Shown here: piece after piece, positions 34,299 to 48,201 of the stretch
How the letters are laid out: each line of letters opens with the position of its first letter
Position numbering within the stretch: position 1 is the first letter of the stretch
NCBI RefSeq assembly: GCF_009914755.1
Contig: NC_060941.1
Source of the DNA: the human T2T-CHM13v2.0 reference genome, Homo sapiens
Direction: 5' to 3' (one strand)
Length of the DNA stretch: 64,000 bases
Translations under genes and position numbers: made by a program
The notes under the pieces: generated by a model
Told to the model about the DNA's origin: nothing
What the model saw: the letters and a program-made list of their open reading frames with translations, nothing else
Databases searched by the model: none

Positions 34299-34703
34299 TG
34301 CTATCGTTTGGAAATCTGTCCTCCCAAATCTCATGCTGAAATGTAATCCCCAGTGTTGGAGGTGGGGCCTAGTGGAAGCAGTGGAGCAGTTTCTGATGAA
34401 TGGTTTAGTGCCATCCTTTTTAGTGCTGTCCTCATGATAGTGAGTGAGTTCTCACTAGATCCGGTTGTTAAAAAAGGTGTGGCACCTCCCCCCACCTCTT
34501 GCTCCTGCTTTCCCCATGTGACATGCCTGCTCCCACTTCACCCTCTGCCACTAGTAAAGCTCCCTGAGGCCCCTTGGAAGCCAAGCAGATGCTGGCACTA
34601 TGGTTTACAGGCTGCAGAACTGTGAGCCAAATAAACCTCTTTTCTTTGTAAATTACCCAGTCTCAGATATTTCCCTATAGCAATGTAAGAATGGCCTAAT
34701 ACA
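34299..34703 (+). mobile_element. MSTA/MSTB MaLR solo LTR
   Basis: tgctatcgtttgg ... gcctaataca termini; perfect 5-bp TSD TTGGG (34294-34298, 34704-34708). Confidence 0.9.
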
Positions 34704-35494
34704 TTGGGTGATTCAGGGAAGGTTTCCTGATGGAGGTTGGGCTCTGAAAAGGGGAAATGGTGATTCTGGGCACAGGAAATGCTAGAGCAGAGCCCAGGCC
34801 CAGCAGCTGCAGGGCGTGCAGGAACCACTCATAGCAACCAGCCAGACACCGTTCGCCTCCTCTCCCTCTGCAAAATCTCCACTCACTCCTTTGGATATTG
34901 CTCTGACCATCCCCGCCCCGTCCTGTGACCTCTGCGGACTGGCATCCCAGCAGGATGGCCCAGCTCTCCAGCCTGGCAGCCAGAGCCTTCTCCACTAGGC
35001 CTTTTTCTCTTCACTCTCCTGGGCATGGCACCCCTGGGCAAACTCCTAACTACCACCTCTGCCTGGTATAGCTGGAACCACCCCACTGTGAAGCCTCCCT
35101 CACTCTGTAAAAGCCAGTACCCCAGGAAGCCTCCTCTAACCCTTTGCCCTCTGCCACTCCAAGGAAGTGCTATTGGAGGAGCTGCCTGATCTCTCTGGCC
35201 TTCTGTGTGGCAGCAGAAGTTTGTGTCAACTGCTGTGGGAACGTGATTGGTGGAGCAGGTGATTCCAGAACTCACGTGACCAGGACACGGAATGTGTGGG
35301 CTTGCCAATATTTTGATATATAAATCAACTGTTTTCATTATGGAAGTAACAAAACCTCAAGGGAAATAGAAAAAAAAATTCCCTGTAATCATCCCACCCA
35401 GCTAGGAGGTCTACTGTGTGTGTTTTTGACATTTTGCTGTCCTCGTTGGTGCAAGGGCAGATGTGACTGTTTATGCCTGTGGAGGGCAGAGGGG

Positions 35495-35800
<306 letters not shown>

Positions 35801-35809
35801 GTTGTCGTC

Positions 35810-35985
35810 ATTACAGCTACATTGAGATATAATTTATGTGCCACACAATGCATGCCTTTCAAGTGTACAGTTCAGTGGCATTGAGGTATATCCACAGAAC
35901 CGTACAACCATCACCACATTGAGAAAATTTTTATCACCCTAAAAAATCCTTTACAAAATCCTTTACCCTTTAGCAGTCACCCCAT
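35810..35985 (-). mobile_element. L1M 3'-terminal fragment
   Basis: attgagatataattt...aagtgtacagttcagtgg...caaccatcaccac. Confidence 0.75.
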
Positions 35986-37341
35986 GTTTTGATTTTTGCT
36001 TTACATGATTTTACAAGCATCTTTTCCTGTTGCTGGAAAATCTCCTTACCCATCCTCTTTGGTGACTGTCAGCAAAGGCTTTCGGGTGGTGAAATAGCGT
36101 GGCCAGGAGTGCTCTAGAACAATGGTGTTGGTGAGGGCTGCAGAAGCTGAGGACCCACAGGCAGAGAGGGAGGGATGGTAGAAGCAGGTGGTGAGGAGGG
36201 ACTCGGGGCAGGACTTTGGGGGTAAAAGGAAGCAAGTCTCTGGAAGCAGAACCAGCAGCACTGCTGATCATTGGGACGTGGAGAAAGGCGAAGGCTCAGG
36301 GTGTCAGCAAACTTCCTAGGGTGGGTGAGGGTTGCCAGGTCAATAACGAACAGGGTCCCAGGAAAAGGCGGCAGCACAGGTTTGGGGAGAATTAGAGATG
36401 AGCTTGGTTTTGGTCTTGTTGGATTTGGGGGCACCAGTCTCTCTCCTGGCGAGAGTCGGCAGTGGGGTGTTAGGATCTGGCCCTCAGGAGGCTGTTAGGG
36501 CTGAAGCAAGAGATTTGGGAGTTAAGGGTGTGAGGGCCACGTGGGAGGCCTCGGGAGCCTGTGCCGATCCAGGGTGAGTGTGAAGGAAAGAAAAAAGAGG
36601 GCCCGGGGAACACTGGTATTTTCGGGCGGTGGACGAGGATGGGACGGCCACGAGCTTGTCTTAAGGTAGAAGGCAGAGCGGGGCCGTAGGGGCAGTGGCG
36701 CGGGCGAGGGTGGAGAACAGCGCTGAGCCTCGCTGGGAGGCGGCCGGAGGGGGCTGCAGCCCCCGAGGGCTCCTTGCAGTCCGGCCCCGCAGCCTGGAGA
36801 CAGCTCCGGTGGTGCTGCGCTGCCCGAGACTGCTGCACGAGCGGGGACTGCGGCCTCGGCTCCCTGCCTGCCCGGCAGCCCCCCATCCAGTCGGCCTGCC
36901 CGGGGTGCGCAGGGTTAGCCTGGAGTGAGCTCGCCCCGCCCGGGGTTGCGCGGCCCTGGGGGGTCCTCTCGCGGCGGCTCCTGGGACCTGCTGGCGCCCC
37001 GGGCAGAGCCCGGCCCCATCCCAGGAGTCGCCCGGACTGGAAGGCAGTGCGAGCACTGGGACACAGCCTCCGAGCTCGAGCGTGACGGGAAGTTGGGGCA
37101 ATTTGTTAGTTATCCGCCGCCACCAAGACGCGGCACGGCGCCTGGACCGGAGGGGCCCCGCGCGGGCGCGAACTTTGGGCTCGGGCGAGTGGGTGGTGCT
37201 CCGCCCAGCCCGAGACGGGCGGGCGCGCGGGCCAATGGGTGCCGCCTCTTGGCCGCGGGGGGCCCCGACCCGTGGGTCCCGGCCACCAGCGCCCCAGCCC
37301 CGAGGCTCAGAAGCGGCAGGCGGAGGCGCGGTCCGGGCGCT

Positions 37342-37398
37342 ATGGCCATGCCCGGCGGGTCTCACGCGGCTGCCCCTCGCCCGGCGCGCCTTCGGTAG
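37342..37398 (+). other. Upstream ORF, 18 aa ([18 protein letters not shown])
   Basis: gctATGg at 37342 and in-frame gccATG at 37348; TAG 37396-37398, 29 nt before the main ATG. Confidence 0.6.
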
Positions 37399-37427
37399 GG
37401 GGCGCCCGGGGCCCAGCTGGCCCGGCC

Positions 37428-37762
37428 ATGCTGCTGGAGACACAGGACGCGCTGTACGTGGCGCTGGAGCTGGTCATCGCCGCGCTTTCGGTGGCGGGCA
37501 ACGTGCTGGTGTGCGCCGCGGTGGGCACGGCGAACACTCTGCAGACGCCCACCAACTACTTCCTGGTGTCCCTGGCTGCGGCCGACGTGGCCGTGGGGCT
37601 CTTCGCCATCCCCTTTGCCATCACCATCAGCCTGGGCTTCTGCACTGACTTCTACGGCTGCCTCTTCCTCGCCTGCTTCGTGCTGGTGCTCACGCAGAGC
37701 TCCATCTTCAGCCTTCTGGCCGTGGCAGTCGACAGATACCTGGCCATCTGTGTCCCGCTCAG
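37428..37762 (+). CDS. ADORA2B: Adenosine receptor A2B, coding exon 1 (TM1-TM3 through the DRY motif); exon 2 lies beyond the window
   Basis: Translates [32 protein letters not shown]...LAAADVAVG...[17 protein letters not shown], the recognised A2B N-terminus with class A GPCR motifs GN, LAxAD and DRY. gccATG at 37428; phase-2 donor AG/gtgagg at 37763. Confidence 0.98.
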
Positions 37763-38049
37763 GTGAGGCGCTCGGCGTCGCCCGAACTCGGGGCCCCGTC
37801 GGAGCTCCGAAATGGGTCGTCTTCTCCAGGCCGGGGTTCCTCCCTCGGGGGCCCCAGACGGGCCAGGCTGGGGGCGCGCGGGGCGCTTGGAGGGCTGGTT
37901 CCCAGCCTGGCCACCCCGCAACGCTAGACCAGTGCGCCCGGGCACCCAAGACATCCCAGATGCGCGTCGCTCTAAGGAGATCTGCGTAGGGACAGCTCTA
38001 GGGGGTCCGGGGAGTGCGGTCCCCGGCGCCCGGGGAGGCGCCGTGGAAA

Positions 38050-38085
38050 CCCCGGGGAAAGCGTCACCCCCGGGGAAAGCGTCAC
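38050..38085. repeat. 18-bp perfect tandem duplication (ccccggggaaagcgtcac)x2
   Basis: Read directly. Confidence 0.9.
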
Positions 38086-38764
38086 CCCCGTGGGCGGGTG
38101 GAGCCCGGGGCGCGGGAGTTTTGGTGATCACATCTCCACTCCTGCCACGAAGGCCGTTCCTAACACTCGCCCGCAGCGGCGGTGCAGCGGCAGTCCCGTG
38201 AGTGCTGCGGCTCCCGGAGGCCCGGGAGGTTCCCACTAAGGGCAAGGCAACTTTGGACGCTGGGCATTCGCACCGTCAGAATGGACACGCATGAGCCAGC
38301 TTCAGAACGTGTCTGCTGCGGAGAGGCGGCCCGGCCCATCCCAGGGGAAGGTGTCCGTTAACTTTGGGGAACGCTACGGACTCAGATTATATACTTTTAA
38401 AAGGAGTTACAATGCTTCCTCGTGTCTGGCAAACGGCCTTACAGCCTCACTGCCCTTGTGTAACTATTTATCTCCTGCTGCCCTGTTGGGAGCGGGCTGA
38501 GAAGTGCAGAAAATGGTGGCGAACTTACTTGTCCACTCTTTCTCCCACACTGAGAAAATCTAGGATTCAGGGGATGGAGTCAGCCAGCGACCAGAGTGGA
38601 TTCCCAGTTGGAGCTGATGACTTCAACATTGAGAGTTTGTTGAAAGTATTTATTCTCTGTCTTTGGTGCCTGGGCCACTTTGGCATTTCTGAGGAGAGCT
38701 TGAGATCTCTTTAAATTTGGAGCTGAGACAGGGAAACTAAATCACAGAGTAGGAAGGAAGGGAA

Positions 38765-38960
38765 GGAATTCATTTATTGGGTGCCAACTCTGTGCAGACA
38801 GTTTATAATAAACGTGTCCCCAGCAGTCCTTGCAGTAGTACCAGAGGACGGGTGCTGTAACCTTCATCTCGTAGAGGAGGGGTGATGGCCCAGGGAGGTT
38901 GGAGTCTTGCCCAGGATGGTGTATCAGGGATGGGTGTCAGAGCCGGGGCTTGAACTCACA
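38765..38960 (-). mobile_element. MIR
   Basis: catttattgggtgccaactctgtg...cagggaggtt...cttgcccagg. Confidence 0.65.
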
Positions 38961-39939
38961 GCTGGCACCGTGTCCCCACCCATGCCATCAGGCCACTCTG
39001 CAAGGCCATGTGTGGCACCGTGTTTAGGAGTCAGGGAGAAAAGTGCTCTGCTGTTTTGGGAGGAGGAGCCTGCCTGCAGTAAACTGGTGGTTGTAGGGGA
39101 ATGTGTTTGTGGGAATGGAGCCGGAGAATGCTCCCAGAGGCCATTTGAGTAGGCAGATGTGTTGGGCCTGGTCCTTGCAGGTTGTTTCGTGGGTCCCAGC
39201 AGGAACAGGAGCCTCCTGCTTGGGAGGGCTGTGAGCCTTATGTGGGTGTCTGGCCACTCCATGTGCTGCTGCCCGTGCTGTTGGACCAGGAGGCCTTATG
39301 TCTCCCATCAGGTGTGACAGCCCAGGGATTTCCAAGGCTTAGGGAGGACAGCAGTTTCTTCTCTCTCTTCTGGATCCCTTCCCTGCCTTTTGGTGTCATC
39401 GTTGTTACTTGATGGCATTTTGGATGTTTTGCATCCAGCAGAGCAGTCACAAGCCCCAGCCTGAGTTGTCCATCTAATGGAAACCCCTTGGACTTGCCCT
39501 GGCAGAGACCAGAGACCCAGAGAGGAGTTAGTGGAACAATCTCCCAGGCCACAGGGAGCAGGAAGTTCCATGAAAGTTTAAATCTGTTCCTTCTTGTCCT
39601 GGTTTGTGCTGGGTGAGGTCTTGAAAAAAATGGGTGTGGGTGTGTTAAGGGGAAAGTGCTGTGAATCACAGGCCCTGAGCTTCTTTGCATTGCCAAGGGC
39701 AGGAGGGAAGAACACTGAGGCTCGCCCCATCCTGCCTTCCTGGCCCGTCCAGAGCTTGGAGGTCTGGAAGAGGTGCACAGGCAGTCCCCAGCTCCCTGCC
39801 CCAGAGTTAGTCGTCTGACCTGGCCACAGCACCACCCCAACCCTGGTGGGTGGGAGAGGTGTACTAGGGCCCCCAGGGCTTCCCTCTCAGGGGCTGGTGC
39901 CTGGGGCAGGCCTTCCCTCAGCTGGCCTAGCAGTTCATG

Positions 39940-40050
39940 GCCCCTTGGGAAGAGGTTAAAATACAGATTACAGGGCCTCACCTGGTTGTACTGAATCAGA
40001 ATCTCTGGAGTGGGTGTCGAGGGGATTCCAGCAGTGGGATCTTTAACCAG
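39940..40050. mobile_element. MER5-like relic
   Basis: aaaatacagattacagggcctcacc...actgaatcagaatctctgg. Confidence 0.65.
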
Positions 40051-41016
40051 GGACATTTGGGTCCAGCGATCTAAGAATCCTCCTAGATTCAGGGCCTGAA
40101 GCTTTCCTCACTTGACTGACACAGGCTGGGTGCATGGCGCCCCAAGCACTGACTTGGCCCTGAGGCCTTCCTGGGGTTGTGGAACTCCAGGTGAGAGTAA
40201 AGTTGGAAGTGCCCTGTTTGGGAGGAGGTGTGTCCCCTTTGAAGCCAAGCAATAAGGAGGGTGAGGTGCAGGGAGTGAGGGCTAAAGGCTTAGGCTAGGA
40301 CAGTCCTGGGACCTACCCCCAGTTCCTCCCGGTTCGAGGGCTCCAAGTGTGAGGCCTGTGGCCGCAGAGACCACAGCCCCCACCTGCCACCGCATTGCCA
40401 AGGTGTTTACTGATGTGACAGATGACAGTGTAGAAGGGAGGGGAGCCGGAGGGAATGCCAGGGACAAATATGACGCCCTTGGCCTGGCCCTTTGCCTTCA
40501 GGACAGGGCTGGCCACAAACAGAAGTCCATTGCCTCTGGTTCAAGTCCATAGACAATTCCTGATGTTGGGCCCTGGCGGCGGGGGGCTCCAGTCCCCAGT
40601 GGTGCCGACGGGAGTGGGCGTGTAGCTCCTGGGCTGGGGGAGGTGGACGTGTACAGGCAGGAGGGTGTGGGCCATGCCCAAAGCTGCTCCCAGCTCTCAC
40701 TTCACCCTCAGGCAGGAGCACTTCCTCCTCCCTGCTTGAATCCTGTTCCTTTCATGCCACACCCACTGTGGGGGTCTTCGCTGCTTGTAGACCCAGTTTC
40801 CCTGGCCCTGTGGCATTGAGTCTCTGGCAGGGCTGAGGCCAGCTGTTTTCCTAGTGGAGCTGAAAGAGGGTGGATCCGGGAGGGTTTAGTTGGCCGAATG
40901 GGTCCAGTGCCGTGTATCTGACCTGTCCCTGGACCCTGCCCAGTCACCCTCTCTGCTCTTGCCACATTGAGGCTTTTCTCTGTGCCTCACGTATCTGGTC
41001 TTTGAGGTAGGGATTA

Positions 41017-41735
<719 letters not shown>

Positions 41736-41768
41736 TCACTGGTAATGTTCGAAATAAAGCTTGGCAGG

Positions 41769-42052
41769 GGCTGGATACGGTGGCTCACACCCGTAATCAC
41801 AGCATTTTGGGAGGCCGAGGCAGGTGGATCACCTGAGGTCAGAGTTCGAGACCAGCCTGGCCAACATGATGAAACCCCGTCTCTACTAAAAATACAAAAA
41901 TTAGCCGGGCGTGGTGGCACGCGCCTGTAATCCCAGTTACTAGGGAGGCTGAGACAGGAGAATTGCTTGAACCCAGGAGGTGGAGGTTGCAGTGAGCCCC
42001 AGCCTGGGTGACAATAGCGAAACTCTGTCTCAAAAAAAATAAAAAATAAAAA
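41769..42052 (+). mobile_element. AluS with a right-arm deletion
   Basis: TSD aaagcttggcagg; agtgagccccagcctgg junction. Confidence 0.9.
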
Positions 42053-42167
42053 AGCTTGGCAGGAAGATTTCTGGCTCTGGGTTGTATCCTCCAGCTTTCC
42101 CAAGAGCTCCCTCCTTGGGTTCACCCTTCTGCATCAGTGTTACCTTTCTCTTCCAGATCATTCCCAT

Positions 42168-42572
42168 GGTAATGGGTTGGATGATGGCCCCCTGCAAAAC
42201 GTATGTCCATATTTTAATTCCCAGAACCTCTGACTATTCCCTTATATGGCCAAAACAAAAAACAACCAACCAAAACCCCACAAATACTGCTTTCTGTGGA
42301 TCTTGAGAGAAGGAGCTTATTTGGATTATCTGGGCGGCCTCTTAATGCATTTGCACTCTTAGAAGATAAATCTGCAGAGAAGGCCGTTTGAAGGTGGAGG
42401 CCACAGCCAAGGAATGAAGGATGGCCACCAGAAGCTGGAAGAGGCAACAGATCCTCCTTTGGAACCTCTGGCAGGAGCGTGGCCCACACCTGGAAGTCAG
42501 CCTTCTCGCCCTGCTTGTTTTAAGCCACTAGGTTTGTGGGGCTTTGTCAGAGCAGCACCAGGAAGCCACCCA
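42168..42572 (+). mobile_element. MLT1C/D-type LTR
   Basis: ccacagccaaggaatg...ccaccagaagctggaagaggca...tgttttaagccacta. Confidence 0.78.
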
Positions 42573-42839
42573 TCAGTACACGAATATACCCCTAGATCAA
42601 CGCCCCTTCACTTCCTCATCCACTCCTTTGCCTCCCCCCTGGCAAACTCTGCCACTTGTTACCAGGATGCCACTGAATTCTCCTGTCAGGTCACCCATGC
42701 GCCATCCCTCTTTTGGCAGAATCGAGCAGTCACTTCCCGGACCTCGTTGAACATGTTCTCTCAGCAGCTCCTGGTGGGCACTGTGGGCCCCCAGCTGGAC
42801 TCCTGCTCCCCTGTAACCACTCCACACAGCAGCCAGACG

Positions 42840-43225
42840 GGATGACTTAAAACCTAAGCCACATCATACCGTTCCCCTGCTTACCACGCTGCAGAGACAC
42901 AGAGAGTGAAATCCCTATGCCCTACCCTAGCCTGAGGCTGTGCATGGTCGGCCTTCACCCCCCAATTCTCACTCACCACGGCCAAGTTATATTCCCACCC
43001 ATGGTCTTTGCACCCCCGTTCCTCACTTCACCCACCTGGAGAGGCTTCTCAGCCACTGCATTGGTTTACCGCCATCTCTAGTTATCCCATTAAACCATGT
43101 CCTTACTCAGAGTCTCTCTGCGCCCAGTGTGCTAGCCTTGTGGGCAGGGGCCTTACACCCCAGGATGCAGCGCGATGCCGGCACAGGCTAGGAAAGCACA
43201 TTGTGGATGAATGCATGAGTGACTG
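42840..43225 (+). mobile_element. L2 relic
   Basis: Ends ggcacaggctaggaaagcacattgtggatgaatgcatga. Confidence 0.5.
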
Positions 43226-44489
43226 GGTGAAAAGGGCACATGTCAGGCTACGTCATGCCCGGGGAACAGCTGGACAGGTGGGAAGGGAGGGTCCGAGACA
43301 GCAGGTGTACAGTGAGGGCCCAAGGGCTCTGTGAAACGCCAGAAGAGGAGCTGCCCCCACAAGTTCTAATGATCGGAAGACAGGAAAACCGTCTTCTGAA
43401 AACATCTCTCATGGGCCTAAGGGACAAAAGGGTGGAGAGGAGTGCAGAGGTGTCCGGGGACTGCCAGGCAGCCAGCAGGGGCTGTGGGCCAGAGGCCCAG
43501 GCTGAGGCCAGGGGCTGCAGACACGCGGGACGTGGCCCATGGGCCCTGGCTCCTGGTCCCATGCACAGGCCAGGAGCCACCCTGTTACCTGCATCAGGGC
43601 ATCACCCAAGCCTGAGTGTTACTTTGCTGTCATTTGTCCTCCATTGTTAGCACACAGTCCTCCCAACTCCACTTCCCAGGCCATGTAGCAACCTTAAAAC
43701 CAGCAGGTGCTGTTTATAATCCTGCTGGGGCCTCCAGCTGACATAAGGGGCTGGTTCCTGGCATGTTGATTCCAGAGGACACACACATGGCTAGGCAGGG
43801 GCCAAGGTCTGATTTGGTCAGTGAGGTCCTCAAATGTGTCTTGGAACCAGGTCAGAACTGGGGTAATTCAATCCAGAGGATACCTGAAGGCCCTCTCCCT
43901 TCGGGGAGGGTAGAGTCAGCCTGACCTGGCTGGTCATCAGGAGCACATGGGAACTGGAGGGCAGGGGAGATGGAGGTGGACTTGGTGTGCGTGGGGGTGC
44001 TGTGGACAGGTTCCCTCTGAAGGAGGCCGGGAAGGAGGGCCCGCTCAAGCCACCCTGGGCCCTGCCCTGAGACCGGAGCCTGGAGCTGCTCCCAGAGGGC
44101 AGAGGCCTCCTCTGCAGACCAGGCACAGTCTGCAGCAGCTCTGCATGCCTGGAGGTGGCCTGGTGCCCTGGAGCAGCACAGCCAGGGAAACACCGCCTGG
44201 CCTCATGCTGTGGACATTCCCACTGAATTCTGAAAAGGACAGTGGCTGCCTTTGGTTGTCTGGAGAAGAGGGTAAATGAAAAAAAAGTCAACATTTTCCC
44301 ACTACAGATCACCTGGCTCCTTTCTCGGTGACCACGTGCAGGGCAGGACCCAATCCCTGTATCTCACTCTTCTCATTTGTCAGTTTATTATCACAGCATG
44401 GGTGTACACTGCAGGGACAGATATGGGGAAGTGTCCTCAGCTATTCTGGACATAGAGATTTTCAGTCTTGTGAATGGCAGCCATTGTTC

Positions 44490-44690
44490 CCAAGCCGTTT
44501 CTGGGTGCCAGGCACCTTACATCCCTAATCTCCTTTGATCTTTGCGACCGCCCTATGGGAGCAGATGGAGTTATCTTCACCACCTCACAGATAAGAAGAT
44601 GGAGGTGCAGAAAATTATGTTTAGCCCAGGGTCACACGGAAGCCGGGACTGAGGCAGCCTATCTTCCCAGGAGCCCTTAACCATCATGTG
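44490..44690 (-). mobile_element. MIR
   Basis: cacagataagaagatggaggtgcaga...gcccagggtcacac. Confidence 0.75.
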
Positions 44691-46014
44691 AGCAGCTGGA
44701 GGGAAGGACTGCACACCCCGAGGTCACCCCCAAACACCCCCTTGATGAGGGGTCCCTTCTAGTGGTGGATGAATAAGGACACTGGCAAATTGTGATTAGA
44801 TTCCTTTAATTATTACCTGGACAAAGAAGACTCCAGCTAACCTGTCAAATGGACGAGTGAGGAAAGAAGCTAAGCCCTGGCCAATGTGAATGGAATCTCA
44901 CAGCATTTGCCTGACAGCTGTGAGGCTTTGTGGATCTCCTCCCACCTGCACCTTCCTCGGATTGGGGAACTGAGGCCCAACCTTTCCTTTTGCCTCAGAT
45001 TTATTAGTGACTCCAGAATTAGGCTTTAGCCATGGTTATTCTCTCCTAAATTATTAACTCGATAGGCTCTTGGACTCCGAGGCTAACCAGCTGGAGACAG
45101 CGCCACGGGCAGCGGGAACTCAATGGCAAATAGCAAATGTATCTTCTTGGACAGAATTAAAGTGGAGAACAGCCTGTCCCAGGCACGGGCGGGCAGGCTT
45201 CCACTCAGTCTAGGCTGAGGGGCAGGGCTTTTTCTGGAGGGTGGAGGGTTGAGTGGTGTGGTAGGTGGGAGGAAAGTGCCTGCAGAGCTGGGAGTGCAGG
45301 GTGCGCAGGAGCAGGGGGACTCCTGAGCTGGCCTGGCACCTTGGGTGCTTCGCACCCGTGAGTGGGCATGGGATTTGGGCTGTGGTGGGGGACGGGCCAG
45401 GGAGCAGGCAGCTCGAGGAGGGCCTTGAGCTTGCTGAGGGTTTTGGATTTTGTCCTGAAGGTGCTGGTGAGTCCATGAATGAGTCGCATTTATTATCTTC
45501 TATTTTTTTGAGTTAGAAATCAACCAGTGGGCATAGAAGTAAACAGTCAAAAGTACAAAAAGGCCCAAAAGGGAAAGCAAGAGACCCCCACCAGTCCCTC
45601 TGCCGGGGGCAGCCCCCAGCCTGTTTCTCTTGGCATTTGCCCCGAGGGGCGCTCTGGGCTGAGCCCTGGTTTTGTGCTGCCATCTTGAAGCAGAATCTGT
45701 TGACTCCCCACTGTGAACCGCCAGGCCCGTGGCTCATGCCAGCCTTCTCCCCTATGCCCCACTTGAATTTCTGTTATGTTTTGATTTTTTTCCTGTGGAC
45801 ATTTCGGCCTGTGTTTCTGTCAAGTGGTGATTATATTTGCTGACTGTCAAGAAAAACAAGGAAGAACGTGTCCCCCATTCCTTTCCCAGGTCTGCTCCTG
45901 GTTTCTGTGAGCCGCGCTGTTACTGTGAGCGCGCTGCCTCTCAGGAAGTCTTCCTTGTGAAAGGTAACTCGTGCTGCTGGAAAGAAGCTGACACTGCACA
46001 GGGGGAAGCTGTAG

Positions 46015-46470
<456 letters not shown>

Positions 46471-46732
46471 TAGATGCCATCCATTACTCAGACATTACTC
46501 AAAATTATGTCACATTTTAGCCTGCTTCAGGTTTACCATCTGGAAATTAGAAAGTTAAAGTAGGAAGCATGCCTTCCCACATCCTCGTGATCACCCAGCT
46601 TCTTAATCACCCTCATGCTGAGCCTCCTCACCCCTTTGCTATGTGTGCCACACAGCCGCTAGGGCTTCCTTTACTGTGCCCTTGGAGTGGTTCCAGCATT
46701 TCCTGCATTCCATGTTCTCTTTCCTCTTTCTA

Positions 46733-47013
<281 letters not shown>

Positions 47014-47275
47014 TCAGATGTCTGAAGGGGTTGCTGTAACACCCAGTGTTGCTCACAAAGTCTGGTGTGTAATGATTCTTACTTGTAACTTGTATCTCTC
47101 CTCTGGGAACCTTTGGGATCATTTGTTTTTCCTTGGTGTTCTGAAATTTTGTGAGACTGGGTCTAAATGGTAACTCTTACTTTTTTTTTTCATTGAGGAT
47201 GGCACTAGTAGGTAGGTGAACCTTGCCAATTTGAAGACTTAGGTCTGTCTTCAGCTCTGAAATTTTCAAAGAATA

Positions 47276-47512
47276 CAGTTGACCCTTGAACAACTTGGGT
47301 TTGAACTGTGTGGGTTCACTTAAAATGGATTTTTTTTCAACCAAACACAGATTGAAAATACAGTATTTGCGGGTTGTGAACCCGAGTACACAGAGGGCCA
47401 ACTTTTCCTGTAGTGGGGCTCTTGGGGCCAACTTCAGGATTTGATTACATACGGATTTTGGAGTACTTGGGTGCCCTGGGACAAATCCCCTGTGTATACC
47501 AAGTGAAAACTG
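47276..47512. mobile_element. MER8 (Tigger2-family) MITE
   Basis: cagttgacccttgaacaac ... aaaactg, flanked by TA duplications. Confidence 0.85.
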
Positions 47513-47567
47513 TATTTTCTTAATTAATTCCTTATCTCCATTTCCTCTGTTCTTTTCTCTGGGATTC

Positions 47568-48201
<634 letters not shown>

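Larger units (their letters stand above)
36600..38340 (+). promoter_or_regulatory. ADORA2B: CpG island promoter / 5' leader of ADORA2B
   Basis: Very high GC and CpG density; GC boxes (ctccgccc about 37199, gggcggg 37217); CCAAT 37232-37236; RCGTG at 37080-37084 with a CACGTG just upstream of the island at 36538-36543; no TATA box seen. Confidence 0.92.

Noticed and set aside
36652-36661. Perfect p53 half-site GAGCTTGTCT in the promoter
   Set aside because: No adjacent second half-site; insufficient on its own even though ADORA2B is a reported p53 target.
37239-37427. In-frame GTG-initiated N-terminal extension of ADORA2B
   Set aside because: The known protein starts at MLLETQ; the extension is GC-rich leader with a weak non-AUG start.
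36661-37443. 260-aa antisense ORF and other long ORFs in the promoter island
   Set aside because: Low-complexity R/A/G/P sequence expected from stop-poor GC-rich DNA; no recognisable domain.
39238-40056. 272-aa minus-strand ORF in intron 1
   Set aside because: No recognisable homology, and it begins within a MER5 relic; probably chance.
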